A stretch of DNA of 64,000 bases from Candidatus Multivoradales bacterium (GCA_965223755.1 CBDCXF010000001.1:609688-673687), one strand, 5' to 3'. Positions 49,556 through 61,271 are shown, counted from the first letter of the stretch. Numbers and translations are program-made. Notes: generated by a model from the sequence alone, not told the origin.

Positions 49556-52281
49556 CACAGAGCGCGACTGGCGCGAGCGGCCGCAAGCCGCGCAAGTGGA
49601 ACGCGAAAGGGCGAACAAGATACGTAGTCGAGACCGCAGCTTTCCACGAAAGCGATCGAATTGGCCTCACCACCGTGCTCGCCGCAGATCCCCAATTTGA
49701 GATCGGCTTTGGTGGCGCGGCCTCGTTCGCAGGCCCAGCGCATCAATTGGCCGACCCCATTGCGGTCGATCTCGACGAACGGATCGACGGTGAGTAGGCC
49801 GCGCTCGACGTACTCGCCGAGAAACGAGGCGACGTCGTCCCGTGAGTATCCCCAGGTCATTTGCGTCAGGTCGTTGGTGCCGAACGAGAAGAAGTCAGCG
49901 TGTTCTGCAATGCGATCGGCCACTAGGGCCGCGCGCGGCACTTCGATCATGGTTCCGATCGCGATCGGTAGCTCGACACCGGTCTCTGCTGCCACGGCGT
50001 CGAGCACCTGTTGGGTCGCTTTTCGGAGCGTCACCATTTCACTCACGGTTCCCACCAAAGGCACCATAATTTCCGGTTCCGGCGTTGCACCCTCTCGAGC
50101 CAGCTCGGCGTAGGCTCGGGCAATGGCCTCCACTTGCATGGCGTAGATTTCCGGTCGGCTGATCCCCAGACGGCAGCCCCGATGGCCGAGCATCGGATTG
50201 GCTTCCCGCAATTCATGAACCCGAGCCTCAAGGGTCTGTGTTTCTACATCCAATTCTTTCGCCAGGGCGGCGATCGCGTCTGTGCCGTGCGGTAAGAACT
50301 CGTGCAGCGGCGGATCCAAGAGGCGAATGGTGACCGGCCGTGTTCCCATCGCCCGTAGGATGCCAGCAAAGTCACCTTGTTGCATCGGCAACAACTGCTC
50401 CAAGGCTCGGCGCCGCCGATCGACGTCCTCACTGATGATGAGCTGCCGCACTAGCGAAATACGATCTTCGCTAAAAAACATGTGCTCGGTGCGGCACAGG
50501 CCGATCCCTTCGGCACCGAGAGCCACCGCCGTCGATGCGTCGTGCGGCGTGTCAGCGTTGGCGCGCACCTTCATGCGCCGCACACCATCGGCCCATTCCA
50601 GGACCTTTTGGAAGGCCGTCACCCCCGGGCTGGGCATATCTGCGCTGGCCATATCTGAGCTGGCCGCATCTGCCGCGGAACTTTCATCGGCGGTCAAGGC
50701 GACGATGACTTCGGAAGGCTGGGTCTCGAGGCGACCGGCCAGGACCGCACCGTTACTGCCATTGATGGACAACCACTCGCCCTCGTCCAAGGTCTGCCCG
50801 GCGGCGGTAATCGATTCTTCTCCCACCCGCACCTCACCGGCTCCCACGACGCAGGGCTTGCCCAGGCCACGAGCGACAACTGCCGCATGCGAGGTCATTC
50901 CGCCCCTGGCGGTCAAAATCCCCACCGAGGCGTGCATGCCGACGATGTCTTCCGGCGAGGTCTCCTCGCGCACCAGAATCACCGGGCCGTCGGCCGCCAT
51001 TTCGGCCGCCCGATCGGCGGTGAGTGCGATGCGACCGCTGGCGGCCCCGGGGCCTGCTGGCAATCCAGATCCCAGGCGCCGGCCGCCCCGAATGGCGGCG
51101 AGTTCTTCTTCGCGATCGAAACCGGGAGCCAACATTTGTGCAAAGTGATCGGGGGTCACCCGTTCGAGCGCGGTGTCCCGATCGATCAGCCCCTCCCGCT
51201 CCATCTCGACCGCAATGCGCACCGCTGCCGGTCCGCTGCGCTTGCCATCGCGCGTCTGCAGCATGTACAGCTGACGATCCTCGATCGTGAACTCGACATC
51301 TTGCATGTCGCGGCGTTCTTGCTCAAGGCGCGCACACACTTCTTGAAGTTGGGCAAAAGCCCTGGGAAAGAGGCTCTGCAGGTCCTCTTCTTCGCCTTCC
51401 GCGAGGATCGGCAAAGGTGTGCGAATCCCGGCAACCACGTCCTCACCTTGAGCGTTGACGAGAAATTCACCATAGATCCGCGCCTCTCCGGTCGACGGAT
51501 CGCGCGTGAAGGCAACACCAGTGGCGCACTCGGGACCGCGATTGCCAAACACCATCGTCTGCACATTGACTCCGGTGCCGAGATCGTCAGCGATGCCGTG
51601 GAGGCGGCGGTACTCCCGCGCGCGACGGATGTTCCAACTATCGAACACCGCTCGCACCGCGCCCCAGAGCTGCTCGCGAGGCTTGTCGGGGAAAGATTCA
51701 CCTTGCTCGTCGACGTAGGCGATGAAGCGCTCATAGACCTGCTGCATCTGCTGCGCCGAAAGCTCGGAATCGGATTCAACCCCGGCTGCTGCGCGCGCCC
51801 CCTCGAGGATCGCCTCGAATCCGGAGTGTGGTACGCCGAGAACGACATCGCAGTACATCGAAACCAACCGTCTGAGGCAGTCCCAGGCAAAGCGCTCGTC
51901 CCAGCCCAGTTCGACCTGCCGGCGCAGGATCTCTGGATTGAGACCGATGTTGAGAATGGTGTCCATCATTCCCGGCATCGAGAACTTGGCCCCCGAGCGC
52001 ACCGACAGCAGAAGCGGCTTATCCCCGCCAAATTGCTTGCCCGTTCGCTGCTCGAGCGCCGTCAGCGCCTGCTCGAATTCCTCTTCCAGCCCCTCGGGCA
52101 ATGCCCCATCCAGGCGATGGTAGGAACGGCAGGCCTCGGTCGTGAGGGTAAACCCAGGTGGCACGGGAATCCCCAGCAAGCTCATTTCTGCCAAGCCCGC
52201 TCCTTTGCCACCGAGCAGGTCTTTCTGCTCGGGACGCCCCTCGGTCTCGCCGCCGCCAAATGCGTAGATCAGCTTCGGCAT
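49555..52281 (-). CDS. ppdK: Pyruvate, phosphate dikinase. Start re-placed to MPKLIYAFGGG; the track ORF runs to 52368.
   Basis: Full PPDK architecture. Phospho-His domain GGMTSHAAVVARGLGKPCVVG. PEP-utilising C-terminal domain. The linker holds a small low-complexity insertion ESSAADAASSDMASADMPSPG. Confidence 0.9.
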   Translation of the reverse strand: MPKLIYAFGGGETEGRPEQKDLLGGKGAGLAEMSLLGIPVPPGFTLTTEACRSYHRLDGALPEGLEEEFEQALTALEQRTGKQFGGDKPLLLSVRSGAKFSMPGMMDTILNIGLNPEILRRQVELGWDERFAWDCLRRLVSMYCDVVLGVPHSGFEAILEGARAAAGVESDSELSAQQMQQVYERFIAYVDEQGESFPDKPREQLWGAVRAVFDSWNIRRAREYRRLHGIADDLGTGVNVQTMVFGNRGPECATGVAFTRDPSTGEARIYGEFLVNAQGEDVVAGIRTPLPILAEGEEEDLQSLFPRAFAQLQEVCARLEQERRDMQDVEFTIEDRQLYMLQTRDGKRSGPAAVRIAVEMEREGLIDRDTALERVTPDHFAQMLAPGFDREEELAAIRGGRRLGSGLPAGPGAASGRIALTADRAAEMAADGPVILVREETSPEDIVGMHASVGILTARGGMTSHAAVVARGLGKPCVVGAGEVRVGEESITAAGQTLDEGEWLSINGSNGAVLAGRLETQPSEVIVALTADESSAADAASSDMASADMPSPGVTAFQKVLEWADGVRRMKVRANADTPHDASTAVALGAEGIGLCRTEHMFFSEDRISLVRQLIISEDVDRRRRALEQLLPMQQGDFAGILRAMGTRPVTIRLLDPPLHEFLPHGTDAIAALAKELDVETQTLEARVHELREANPMLGHRGCRLGISRPEIYAMQVEAIARAYAELAREGATPEPEIMVPLVGTVSEMVTLRKATQQVLDAVAAETGVELPIAIGTMIEVPRAALVADRIAEHADFFSFGTNDLTQMTWGYSRDDVASFLGEYVERGLLTVDPFVEIDRNGVGQLMRWACERGRATKADLKLGICGEHGGEANSIAFVESCGLDYVSCSPFRVPLARLAAARASRAL

Positions 52282-52324
52282 CGTCCATTCCCTTTCGTCG
52301 TATCGGTTTTTGCCGTATAGGCCT

Positions 52325-54403
52325 TCAGCGTTCGACCGCCAATTCAGAGAAGTCCGCGACGCCAACAAACAACTGATCGATTTTGCCCAGCAACGCCAAA
52401 CGGTTGGCGCGCAGGCCCGCGTCGTCTGCCATCACCAGCACGTCGACGAAGAAGCGCTCGAGTGCGGGTGCGAACTCCGCCACGACCTCGAGCGCACCGT
52501 CGTAGGCATGTTCACCGACATAGGCGGTCAGTTTGTCACTCTGGCTCTGCACTTTATTCCATAGGTCGCGCTCTGCCTCGGTTTCGAAGCGATCCTCTTC
52601 GACCGAGTCGCCGACCTCCTGCCCGACCAAGATCTTGCGGATGCGTTTGGCGCTGTCCGCGACGGCGACAAAGTCTTCACTCTCCCGGGCTCGGTGGAGC
52701 GCCGCGACCCGCGCCGCCGCTGCCACCGGCATGTCATCGACGCCGACACCCGCGGCAACTTCGTCATAGGCAAAACCCCGCCGACCCAAGAGATTCTTGA
52801 CTCGCTCCTGCAAAAAGGCAGTCAATTGTTCGACGACGACCTCCTTGGACTCGCTCAATTGCGCCTCAAACAATGCCACGCCGGCCTCGGCCAAGGCGCC
52901 TGTGCTGATGTCCAGATCGCCGCCGATCAAGATCTCGACCACACCTTGTGCGGCACGTCGCAACGCGAACGGGTCCTTGCTGCCGGTGGGCGCCTTGCCC
53001 AAGGCAAAAAATCCGCTCAGGCTGACCATGCGATCGGCAATGCCCAGGAGTCGACCCAGCAAGGTCGGAGGAATGGGATCGTCGACCGAAGCCGGCTCGT
53101 ACTGGTGGTAGATCGCTGCTGCGACCTCTTCGTTCAAACCCTGCTCCCGTGCGTAAATGCCACCGACCTTGCCTTGCAGCGAGGTGAACTCTTTGACGAC
53201 CTCGCATGTGAGATCGACCTTGGCGAGTTCGGCTGCCTGAGTCAGTCCGTCTTGCAGGTTTTTGCGGGCCAAGCGATCGCACAAGAAGCGTCCAAAACCC
53301 GCCACCAGATCGCTGCGTTCCAGATAAGAACCCAGCTCCTGGTGGAAGGTGAGGCGCGCCAGATCGCCGCGGCGGTCAATCAGCGTGCGTTTGCGATCCT
53401 CCTCGACAAAAAAGCGCGCATCGTCGAGCCGCGCGGCCACCACCCACTCGTTGCCCTGTCGCACCAGGTCCTCCGGATCGTCGGGACGATCCATGACGGT
53501 CAGGAATGCAGGCAAGGCTCGGCCGTTGTCGCGGACACCGAAAGCACTCTGGTGATCTCGCAGACTGGCGGTCAGGACTTCGTTGGGAATTCCCTCGGGA
53601 TCGCAGCGACCGTCGACAATGCCGGGGATCTCACACATCGCCGCGAGGCGATCGAGCAGATCGTCGTCCTCCACCACCGCGCCGCCGAGCGCTTTTGCAG
53701 CTCCTGCGAATTCCTCTTCGAGCCGGCGGCGGCGTTCATCCCAGCTCAAGACGATGTCGCGCTCCTCGAGGGCGGTTCGATAACCCTGCCAGTCCGCAAC
53801 AGCAAAGGACTCTGGAGAGAGAATCGGATGGCCAGCGCTGTGATTCCCAGAGGCGACATCAAAGACTTCAAACGGCACCACCTCGCCATCCAAGATGGCC
53901 AGGATGCCGCGCACCGGTCGTATCCAGGGACCGGTATCGGCACCCCAGCGCATCGAACGAGGCCAGTCGAGTTCCTGGATCAGCCTCGGGGCAAGAGCGG
54001 CCAGGATTTCAGCCATGGACTCGCCGGCGATCTTCTGCACCACTGCGGCGTATTCGCCCTTGGGCGTCTGTCTGCGCTGGACTTGATCAGGAGCCACGCC
54101 GCAGCGTTTGGCGAATCCGATCAGGGCCTGAGTCGGTTCACCGGCTTGGTCAAACGCAACGCTGGTCGGAGGTCCGAGGGCTTCCTCTTCTCGATCGGGC
54201 TCACGTTCGGGAAGTCCGTTGAGGCCGACGACAAGGCGCCGTAGCGTGTAGTGACTTTCGACTTCGCTGGGCGGCGTTCCGCGGGTGGTCAGACTTTCGA
54301 AAAAACGGGTGGAAAGGGTCCGACTCGCCCGCGCCAACATGCGGGCCGGAATCTCCTCGGTGCGGACCTCGAGGAGAAAGTCAGCCATCGGTACCTTCTC
54401 CAA
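52325..54403 (-). CDS. glyS: Glycine--tRNA ligase beta subunit.
   Basis: 692 aa. N-terminus [17 protein letters not shown]. Full GlyS similarity. Confidence 0.9.
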   Translation of the reverse strand: MEKVPMADFLLEVRTEEIPARMLARASRTLSTRFFESLTTRGTPPSEVESHYTLRRLVVGLNGLPEREPDREEEALGPPTSVAFDQAGEPTQALIGFAKRCGVAPDQVQRRQTPKGEYAAVVQKIAGESMAEILAALAPRLIQELDWPRSMRWGADTGPWIRPVRGILAILDGEVVPFEVFDVASGNHSAGHPILSPESFAVADWQGYRTALEERDIVLSWDERRRRLEEEFAGAAKALGGAVVEDDDLLDRLAAMCEIPGIVDGRCDPEGIPNEVLTASLRDHQSAFGVRDNGRALPAFLTVMDRPDDPEDLVRQGNEWVVAARLDDARFFVEEDRKRTLIDRRGDLARLTFHQELGSYLERSDLVAGFGRFLCDRLARKNLQDGLTQAAELAKVDLTCEVVKEFTSLQGKVGGIYAREQGLNEEVAAAIYHQYEPASVDDPIPPTLLGRLLGIADRMVSLSGFFALGKAPTGSKDPFALRRAAQGVVEILIGGDLDISTGALAEAGVALFEAQLSESKEVVVEQLTAFLQERVKNLLGRRGFAYDEVAAGVGVDDMPVAAAARVAALHRARESEDFVAVADSAKRIRKILVGQEVGDSVEEDRFETEAERDLWNKVQSQSDKLTAYVGEHAYDGALEVVAEFAPALERFFVDVLVMADDAGLRANRLALLGKIDQLFVGVADFSELAVER

Positions 54404-55271
54404 CCGCTACGCCATCTCGGGACTCATCCGCGTCTTGCGCGAGGTACGTATCCGCACAAGCCACCGCCAGATCCCGTACGCGCTTGATCAAGGCCACTCG
54501 TTCCGTTGCTGAAACGGCGCCCCGGGCGTCGAGCACGTTGAAAAGGTGGGAACACTTGAGGGCGCACTCGTAAGCTGGCAACGCCATCCCGGCATCGATG
54601 CATCTCCGCGCCTCGGCCTCGTAGCCGGCGAATTGGGCCTCCAGAAAGGCCACGTCGGCGATCTCAAAGTAGTAGTGCGAAGACTCGAGTTCGTCGCGAT
54701 GGCGCACTTCGCCGTAGGGAGTACCGCTGACCCACTGCACGTCGTAAACGCTCTGATGGCGGCCCAGAAACATAGCAATCCGTTCGAGGCCATAGGTGAT
54801 TTCCGCCGAGATCGGACTCAACTCGCGACCGCCCACCTGCTGGAAATAGGTGAATTGGGTGATTTCCATACCGTCTAGCATTACCTGCCAACCCAAGCCC
54901 CAGGCGCCAAGTGTGGGGGCTTCCCAATTGTCTTCCTCAAAGCGCAGGTCATGGACCTTAAGGTCGATGCCAATGGCTTCGAGACTGCGCACATAGACCG
55001 ACTGGACGTCGAGCGGTGCAGGTTTGAGGATGACCTGATATTGGTAGTGCTTGCCAAGCCGAAAGGGGTTTTCGCCATAGCGGGCGTCCGCCGGTCGCCG
55101 CGAAGGCTGCACGTAGGCCACCCGCCAGGGGCGTTCATCCAGCACCTTGAGAAAGGTGTCCGGGTGCATAGTGCCGGCTCCGACTTCGGTGTCGTATGGC
55201 TGCTGAATGACGCAGTCTTGCGCCGCCCAATACTCCGACAAGCGGTGAATGAGATCCTGGAACGTCAGCAT
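54381..55271 (-). CDS. glyQ: Glycine--tRNA ligase alpha subunit. Start re-placed; the track ORF runs to 55565.
   Basis: [37 protein letters not shown] is the canonical GlyQ N-terminus. About 296 aa. Confidence 0.9.
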   Translation of the reverse strand: MLTFQDLIHRLSEYWAAQDCVIQQPYDTEVGAGTMHPDTFLKVLDERPWRVAYVQPSRRPADARYGENPFRLGKHYQYQVILKPAPLDVQSVYVRSLEAIGIDLKVHDLRFEEDNWEAPTLGAWGLGWQVMLDGMEITQFTYFQQVGGRELSPISAEITYGLERIAMFLGRHQSVYDVQWVSGTPYGEVRHRDELESSHYYFEIADVAFLEAQFAGYEAEARRCIDAGMALPAYECALKCSHLFNVLDARGAVSATERVALIKRVRDLAVACADTYLAQDADESRDGVAVGEGTDG

Positions 55272-56026
55272 GAAGTGGCTTCTTGAAGAATGTCTCGGAG
55301 GACGCGATAGCTGCGCAATTCCGTCTGCAGGAAGCGCTGGCGGATTTTCGCACACATCGACTCGACCTCGGCGGTCACTTCGCTCGGCCATTCCATCGCC
55401 GCCAAATCCTTCACCGCCCGACTGCGGCTGAGGGCGACGAAGCCGAGGCTCTCCCTGCCGATAACCGAGCCGCTCTCCTCCGCCTGCGGGCGACAGTTGA
55501 TGCAGGCAAAGCCCTCCTCTTCGATCGTGGCCGCCCTGCCCAGCGGCTCGCCGCAGTTGTGACAACCGCCCGGCTCGGGCAGCAGGCCTGCCAGCCTCAG
55601 AGCCCAGAGCTCAAAATACCGCGCGCTGGTAGCGCGATCTGCGCCTTCGAGAAGCGCCTCGACGACGCTATTGAGCAAGCGATAAAACTCGGGCCAGCGG
55701 TCGCGCTCCTGGGCAAAGGTCTCGACGTGGTCGGCGATGTAGCTGCTGAGGAGAATGTCTTCGAGGTCGCTCTGGAGATTCTCCGCCGGCCGTAGCAGGT
55801 CGAGAGCGGAAAAACGAACTAGGTCGTTACTCTCTTTCTCCATCCAGCTCGCTTCGACCTTGGCCAGGGGATGCAAAGGCGCCGCAAAGCGGCTGAACTT
55901 GCGTTTCGAACCCTTGGCGACGCCGCGTACCTTGCCGTGTTCTGCGGTGAGAATGGCGACAATGCGGTCCGCTTCCTGCAGGTCGCGAACGGAAAGAACC
56001 TGTGCTTCGGCGCTAACCAGCTTCAT
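55265..56026 (-). CDS. recO: DNA repair protein RecO.
   Basis: OB-fold N-terminus. Zinc-finger CHNCGEPLG...CINCRPQ. Confidence 0.85.
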   Translation of the reverse strand: MKLVSAEAQVLSVRDLQEADRIVAILTAEHGKVRGVAKGSKRKFSRFAAPLHPLAKVEASWMEKESNDLVRFSALDLLRPAENLQSDLEDILLSSYIADHVETFAQERDRWPEFYRLLNSVVEALLEGADRATSARYFELWALRLAGLLPEPGGCHNCGEPLGRAATIEEEGFACINCRPQAEESGSVIGRESLGFVALSRSRAVKDLAAMEWPSEVTAEVESMCAKIRQRFLQTELRSYRVLRDILQEATSC

Positions 56027-56059
56027 GTCGGCGAGTTGTCCGGACGGTGGACTCGTGCC

Positions 56060-57484
56060 TTAGGGCAGTAGGAAATGAATGAAGGCGGACGAAAGTCCCA
56101 TGAAAACCAAGATGCCGGTGACATCGTTGGTGGTGGTGACGATGGGCCCGGCGGCGACCGCAGGGTCGACGCCAATGCGCTCGAATAAGAGAGGTAGCGA
56201 GGAGCCACTCAACGAAGCGATCAACACCGCCGACAGCAAAGACAGACCGACGATCAGCCCGTAAGCCGGATTCTGCTGCAGCACCAAGGCGCCCACGCCG
56301 ACAATCAGGGCGCACACAATCCCGATCGCCGCGCCGACCTTGAGTTGCTGCCATAGAAACTTACGGCGTCCTTGGTGGGCCAGAACGCGGCCGGTGGCCA
56401 ATCCCCGCACGGTGATGGTGGAGGCTTGGGTGCCAATGTTACCGGCCATGCCCATGACTACGGGTACGAACCAGGTCAACATCACCCGTTCGCCGATCGA
56501 TAGTTCGAACCGCTCCCAAAGCAGACCGGCGAGGGTCAATCCAACGAGGTTGATCAAGAGCCACGGCAAGCGAATGCGCGCGACCTGCCAACTGCGGTCC
56601 TGGTACAGCAACTCGTTGTCCGAGGACCCCATCATCTTGAGCAGGTCTTCATCCGCCTCTTCCTGCAGGACGTCGACGACATCGTCGACAGTGACGATGC
56701 CTTCCAACCGTCCGCTGCCATCGACCACTGGGATCGCCAAGAGATCGTAGCGAGCCACCATATGGGCTAGCTCCTCCTGGTCGGTATCGGTCTGCGCGGT
56801 CACCACCGAGCGGGTCATGAGGTCTTCAAGCTTCTGCTCCGACTGCGCGAACAGGAGCTGGCGCAGCGCAACCACACCCAGCAGCCTTCGTTCGCGATCG
56901 ACGACGTAGACGTAAAAGATCATGTCGGTGGACGTCGCCTGCTTCAAGGCCTGAATCGCCTCCTCAGCGGTGGCCTCTGCGGACAGGGCAAAGAACTCCG
57001 CATCCATGATGCGGCCGGCGGAGTCCTCTTCGTATTCGAGATGTTCTTGAACTTCCGTGAGTTCGCCCAGTGCGCCGCTTTCCAGAACCGCCTCTTGCAA
57101 CTCTTCGGGAAGGTCTTCGACAACGGCCACCGCATCGTTGACCGCCATATTGCCGAGCATGGTCGCCATCTGTTCGCGCGGCAATTCTTCGATCAAGGCG
57201 AGCCGGTCCGAAGGCTCGAGCTCGGTCAGGAAGTCACCCAGGCTTTCTGGATAGTCACTGCGCAGGATCTGGAAGACGAGGTCTCGTTCGGCCGGTGGCA
57301 GCCCGGTCATGGCGACCGCGGCGTCGGTGGGTCGAATTTTTCCGAGCAGCCTCGACAAATGTGCCCGAGCCCGACGCCGTGCCAAACGGCGCACGCGATC
57401 TCGAATCACGGTCGAGCGGGAAATACCACCGGCGTCGGTCATCGGCGGCATGGTAGCACACCAATGCCCCTCCTTGGACTTCAA
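56060..57484 (-). CDS. mgtE: Magnesium transporter MgtE.
   Basis: MgtE N domain, tandem CBS domains, 5-TM C-terminal domain. Confidence 0.85.
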   Translation of the reverse strand: MKSKEGHWCATMPPMTDAGGISRSTVIRDRVRRLARRRARAHLSRLLGKIRPTDAAVAMTGLPPAERDLVFQILRSDYPESLGDFLTELEPSDRLALIEELPREQMATMLGNMAVNDAVAVVEDLPEELQEAVLESGALGELTEVQEHLEYEEDSAGRIMDAEFFALSAEATAEEAIQALKQATSTDMIFYVYVVDRERRLLGVVALRQLLFAQSEQKLEDLMTRSVVTAQTDTDQEELAHMVARYDLLAIPVVDGSGRLEGIVTVDDVVDVLQEEADEDLLKMMGSSDNELLYQDRSWQVARIRLPWLLINLVGLTLAGLLWERFELSIGERVMLTWFVPVVMGMAGNIGTQASTITVRGLATGRVLAHQGRRKFLWQQLKVGAAIGIVCALIVGVGALVLQQNPAYGLIVGLSLLSAVLIASLSGSSLPLLFERIGVDPAVAAGPIVTTTNDVTGILVFMGLSSAFIHFLLP

Positions 57485-57517
57485 GGAGGAGTCATAAATA
57501 TCTTTAGATTCAACAGT

Positions 57518-58453
57518 TTAATCGATATAGTTTGAGTTCAAGTCGGGTTCCAGAGCAGCCAAGACTGCTTCCTTCTCTCGCCAGCCTGCTTCGGCGCGAA
57601 TGTCCAACTGGAGGTGCACGCGACGCCCCAATAGTGCCTCGATCTCCTGACGCGCTGCGCTGCCGATCTCGCGCACCTTGCTCCCCCCTTTGCCGATGAG
57701 GATCTTGCGCTGATTGGCTCGCTCGACCAGGATGGTGGCGTCAATGCGGACGAGTTCCGATTGGTCATCGATGAATTCGACCCGGACAGCGGTTGAATAG
57801 GCCAGTTCGTCGCGGGTCTGCAGCAACACTTGCTCACGAATGAGTTCAGCGATTTGGTAGCGATGATGAAACTGCGGCGCGGCGTCCGGTTCGAAAAGCG
57901 GCTCTCCTTCCGGTAGCCAGCGCCAAAAAGCCTCACAAAGATCCGCCAAGCCGTCTCCGGTCTTGGCGCTCACCGGCACCACTTCTTTGATGTCGTCGTG
58001 CTCACTGTAGTGAGCGATGCGCGGCAAGAGCGTCGGCTTGGCGGTGATGTCCACTTTGTTCAAGGCCACCACCTTAGGCGTAGCTCGCATCTTGGTAGCT
58101 TCTGCCAGCATGTAATTGTCGCCGCTACCTGACGGCACCGACGCATCGACCACCAGGCAAACGAGGTCTGCACGCCGTAACGTGTCTTCGGCGATCCGCA
58201 CCATCTGGCGATTCATGCGGTGTAGAGGCTTGTGGAAGCCCGGCGTATCCCATAGCAGCGCTTGGCGCCTGCCATCAGTGTAGATCCCCCGCAACGCATG
58301 CCGAGTGGTCTGTGGGCGCGGCGACACAATGGCCGCTTTATGACCGAGTAGATGGTTGAGTAGCGTCGATTTACCGGCGTTAGGCCGCCCTACAAGTGCG
58401 ATACTGCCGAAGCGTCCAGGGGCAACTTCGTCACTCATCGCGCTCCTCCACAT
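57518..58453 (-). CDS. era: GTPase Era.
   Basis: G1 GRPNAGKST, G4 NKVD, C-terminal KH domain. Confidence 0.9.
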   Translation of the reverse strand: MWRSAMSDEVAPGRFGSIALVGRPNAGKSTLLNHLLGHKAAIVSPRPQTTRHALRGIYTDGRRQALLWDTPGFHKPLHRMNRQMVRIAEDTLRRADLVCLVVDASVPSGSGDNYMLAEATKMRATPKVVALNKVDITAKPTLLPRIAHYSEHDDIKEVVPVSAKTGDGLADLCEAFWRWLPEGEPLFEPDAAPQFHHRYQIAELIREQVLLQTRDELAYSTAVRVEFIDDQSELVRIDATILVERANQRKILIGKGGSKVREIGSAARQEIEALLGRRVHLQLDIRAEAGWREKEAVLAALEPDLNSNYID

Positions 58454-58934
58454 TCAGCCAGCGGTCGCGCAATTCTAACTCCAGATCGTTCATTTCACCA
58501 TCGTCGGCTTCATGATCGTAGCCGAGACAGTGCAGAATGCCGTGCAGAACGAGGTACTGGATCTCGACTGCCAAAGAATGCCCCTCATGCTGCGCTTGGC
58601 GCTTCGCTGTCTCCACCGAAATAGCAATGTCTCCCAGATGTGGTGAGTCGCCGAGCCCTTCGCCACCGGGAAAAGACAACACATCGGTGGGTTGGGATCG
58701 GTTGCGAAACCGTTGGTTCAAATCGGCCATTTCGGCGTCGGTGACCAAGGCGACCGCCAGCGCACCGCGATCCAAACACTCAACTTCCAGCAGCTCGTGA
58801 ATCCAGCCGGCGAGTTCGTTCAAAGAAAGAGCTTTGGAGTCAGCCCCAGCCAGGGAGTCGGACAGGGCCACAGAGAGGTCCTCAGACAAATGCACCGACG
58901 CCCGCAAGGGCGTGTCTCGGTCGCCGTGTGACAT
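58431..58934 (-). CDS. ybeY: rRNA maturation endoribonuclease YbeY.
   Basis: H3xH5xH motif LVLHGILHCLGYDH. Confidence 0.85.
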   Translation of the reverse strand: MSHGDRDTPLRASVHLSEDLSVALSDSLAGADSKALSLNELAGWIHELLEVECLDRGALAVALVTDAEMADLNQRFRNRSQPTDVLSFPGGEGLGDSPHLGDIAISVETAKRQAQHEGHSLAVEIQYLVLHGILHCLGYDHEADDGEMNDLELELRDRWLNVEERDE

Positions 58935-58937
58935 GGG

Positions 58938-61271
58938 TCAGGAGCGCAAGGCGTCGCGATCGGAGGCCGTCGAGGCGCCGGGTTCGCCATCGAACTTGAA
59001 GCCCGGATATTCGACGCGGCGGTGGTGGATGTTGGCGAGAACACGGAAAAAGGCGCCGCGCAGCTTGCGCAAGTCCGACAACGTCAGCTCGGTGTCGTCG
59101 AGCTGACCGTCGCTGGTGCAGTCATCCGTGATGCGATCCACAACCGCTTGCAAGGACTCCAGAGTCGGATCCTGCAGGCTGCGACTGGCGGCCTCGATCC
59201 CGTCCGCCAGCATCAAGACCCCCATGACCCGGCTTTGCGGCCGCGGTCCCGGATAGCGAAAATCCGACTCTGCGACCTCTTTGCCGTCATTGAGGCCGAC
59301 GGCGCGGCGGTAGAAGAAATTAATCAGCCGGGTGCCATGATGTTGTTCGATGGCGTCGATCAGTGGTTGAGGAAGGCGATGCTGGCGCGCCAGCTTGGCG
59401 CCGTCTTTGACGTGGCTGACGAGGATCAAAGCACTCATGCGCGGCGAGAGCTGGTCGTGGCGGTTGACCTCGCCGGTCTGGTTCTCGATGAAATACTCGG
59501 GGCGATGGGCTTTGCCGATGTCGTGGTAAAGGCCCGCCGTGTAAGCGAGCACGGAATCGGCACCGATCTCTTCGCAACCCGCCTTGGCAAGGTTGGCAAC
59601 CATCATCGAATGCTGAAAGCTGCCTGGAGCGTCGAACGCCAAGCGCCGCAGCAGTGGCAGATTGGTGTTCGACAACTCGACCAAACGCAAGTCAGTCGTG
59701 ATGCCCAGGAGCGGTTCGAGAATGGGCATGCCGAAACTGGCCGTGGCGGCGGCTAGCAAGCCGGACGCCAAAGCGCAGACGACGAACCACCCCAGTTCGG
59801 CAAGCGTGACGGTGCGCTGCGCCAGCGCGAAGATCAGTCCGACGACAGCGATTTGCGCCGCAGCAATGATGATTCCAAAACGGGCCAAAGTACCGCGATG
59901 CTTGAGTGGGGTTTTCTCGACCGCGAAGATCGCAGCCAGGGAGCCGGCGATGGCGTAGGTGGTGATCTCGAGTCCGGCGTCGGGAACCGAGGCGCCTGCG
60001 ACCAAGCCGTAGATCACCCCCAGCAGGGAACCGATTTCCCTGCGGTAGAGCAACGACGCCGTCAACGCCAAGCTGGCAAAGGGGATTGCCAGCGTGTAGG
60101 AAAGCGCCGAATTGAACGGCGGCCCCGACCCGCGCATCGCCAGGGCGTCGGCAAAAATCAACCCGGCGCGTGTCAAAACCAGACCGATCGAAAGCAGTAG
60201 GGCAGTTTCTCCGAACAAGCGCAAGTGACTTTTGGTGGGAAATTGCAGCCGTTCGGTAGCCGTCCACAGCAGCGCAAGGACCAATCCGATCAACAACAGC
60301 CTGCCGGCCAGGACCCGTCCCATCGCCAAGCTCCAACCCCCCGGCGAAAGCTGCGCCAAAGCGGTGGCCGCAGCGAGGTCAATGCGATCGCCCCGTCGGA
60401 CGATGACTTCACCGGTGCGAATCTGCCGGTAGGCCTCGGCGACCGCCCCCGCCGCTTCCTGCTGGCGAGCCAACGTCTGTGCGCGGTTGGGGAGCCAATT
60501 GGGCGACAGATTGCGCACCAACCAAGTAGACAGCACCGCCCTCGACTGCGGCCCGACACCGGGCCAAGACCTCATCCTTCCGAGGGCAAATTCGCGTACC
60601 TCGTCTGGGTACTCGCGGACATCAAAAAGATCCACAACATGAAATTCGCTGTTACCGACGGTCTCGCGCAGCATCACGCCGGTGCTGCGGTGCTCCAGCA
60701 GCGTCTGCTTGTTGGCGACGAGGCCGTCGGCGAACACCTCCGCCACCAGACCCCGCATGCGATCTTCGAGTTCACTGGCAAAATCGAAGCGAGAGAAGGC
60801 CGCAAACGCCGGTTCGTCGACGGCCAAAGAAGCTGCCTGCTCCAAAGCCGGGCGCGCCTCCTCCGCCGCCGTGCTCCCCTGTTCCATCACTCCTCGGCCG
60901 GCTTGAAAGAGGCGCGCCAGCGAAGAATCGAGTCCGCTCTCGAGTGCCGTATCGCGATCGTAGACCGGCAGAATCTCGCCTCGCGCCTCTTGCCGCCGCG
61001 CCGCCGTACTTTCTTCGTCTAGCAAGAGGAGGTCGCGCGTCGCGACGTAATCGCGGGTAGCGACTTCGCCCACTTCCTGCGGACCGCGCACCAGGCCCAT
61101 CGACAATCGCGGGTCGCTGACCAACCCGGCGATGACGACGACCACGACCCACAAGACGGGGAGTTCGAGTAGCCGCAGCCAAGCCGCGCGCTGACGGTCG
61201 GCGACCTTCGCCAACGTCCCCGTCGACTTGGAGTTCACGACTTCGACTTTGCGTGGACTTTTGTCAGTCAC
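58938..61271 (-). CDS. pgpH: 7TM-receptor HD-family phosphohydrolase (PgpH/YqfF-like).
   Basis: Extracellular N-terminal domain, a 7-TM block, and a C-terminal HD domain (FQHSMMVANLA...LYHDIGK). It sits in the conserved phoH-pgpH-ybeY order. Confidence 0.8.
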   Translation of the reverse strand: MTDKSPRKVEVVNSKSTGTLAKVADRQRAAWLRLLELPVLWVVVVVIAGLVSDPRLSMGLVRGPQEVGEVATRDYVATRDLLLLDEESTAARRQEARGEILPVYDRDTALESGLDSSLARLFQAGRGVMEQGSTAAEEARPALEQAASLAVDEPAFAAFSRFDFASELEDRMRGLVAEVFADGLVANKQTLLEHRSTGVMLRETVGNSEFHVVDLFDVREYPDEVREFALGRMRSWPGVGPQSRAVLSTWLVRNLSPNWLPNRAQTLARQQEAAGAVAEAYRQIRTGEVIVRRGDRIDLAAATALAQLSPGGWSLAMGRVLAGRLLLIGLVLALLWTATERLQFPTKSHLRLFGETALLLSIGLVLTRAGLIFADALAMRGSGPPFNSALSYTLAIPFASLALTASLLYRREIGSLLGVIYGLVAGASVPDAGLEITTYAIAGSLAAIFAVEKTPLKHRGTLARFGIIIAAAQIAVVGLIFALAQRTVTLAELGWFVVCALASGLLAAATASFGMPILEPLLGITTDLRLVELSNTNLPLLRRLAFDAPGSFQHSMMVANLAKAGCEEIGADSVLAYTAGLYHDIGKAHRPEYFIENQTGEVNRHDQLSPRMSALILVSHVKDGAKLARQHRLPQPLIDAIEQHHGTRLINFFYRRAVGLNDGKEVAESDFRYPGPRPQSRVMGVLMLADGIEAASRSLQDPTLESLQAVVDRITDDCTSDGQLDDTELTLSDLRKLRGAFFRVLANIHHRRVEYPGFKFDGEPGASTASDRDALRS

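Noticed and set aside
50887-52320. 477-aa plus-strand ORF, together with other ORFs of 200-300 aa antisense to ppdK.
   Set aside because: They are antisense to the well-supported ppdK gene and have no independent signals.
52694-54244. 516-aa plus-strand ORF.
   Set aside because: It is antisense to glyS and is a high-GC mirror-frame artefact.
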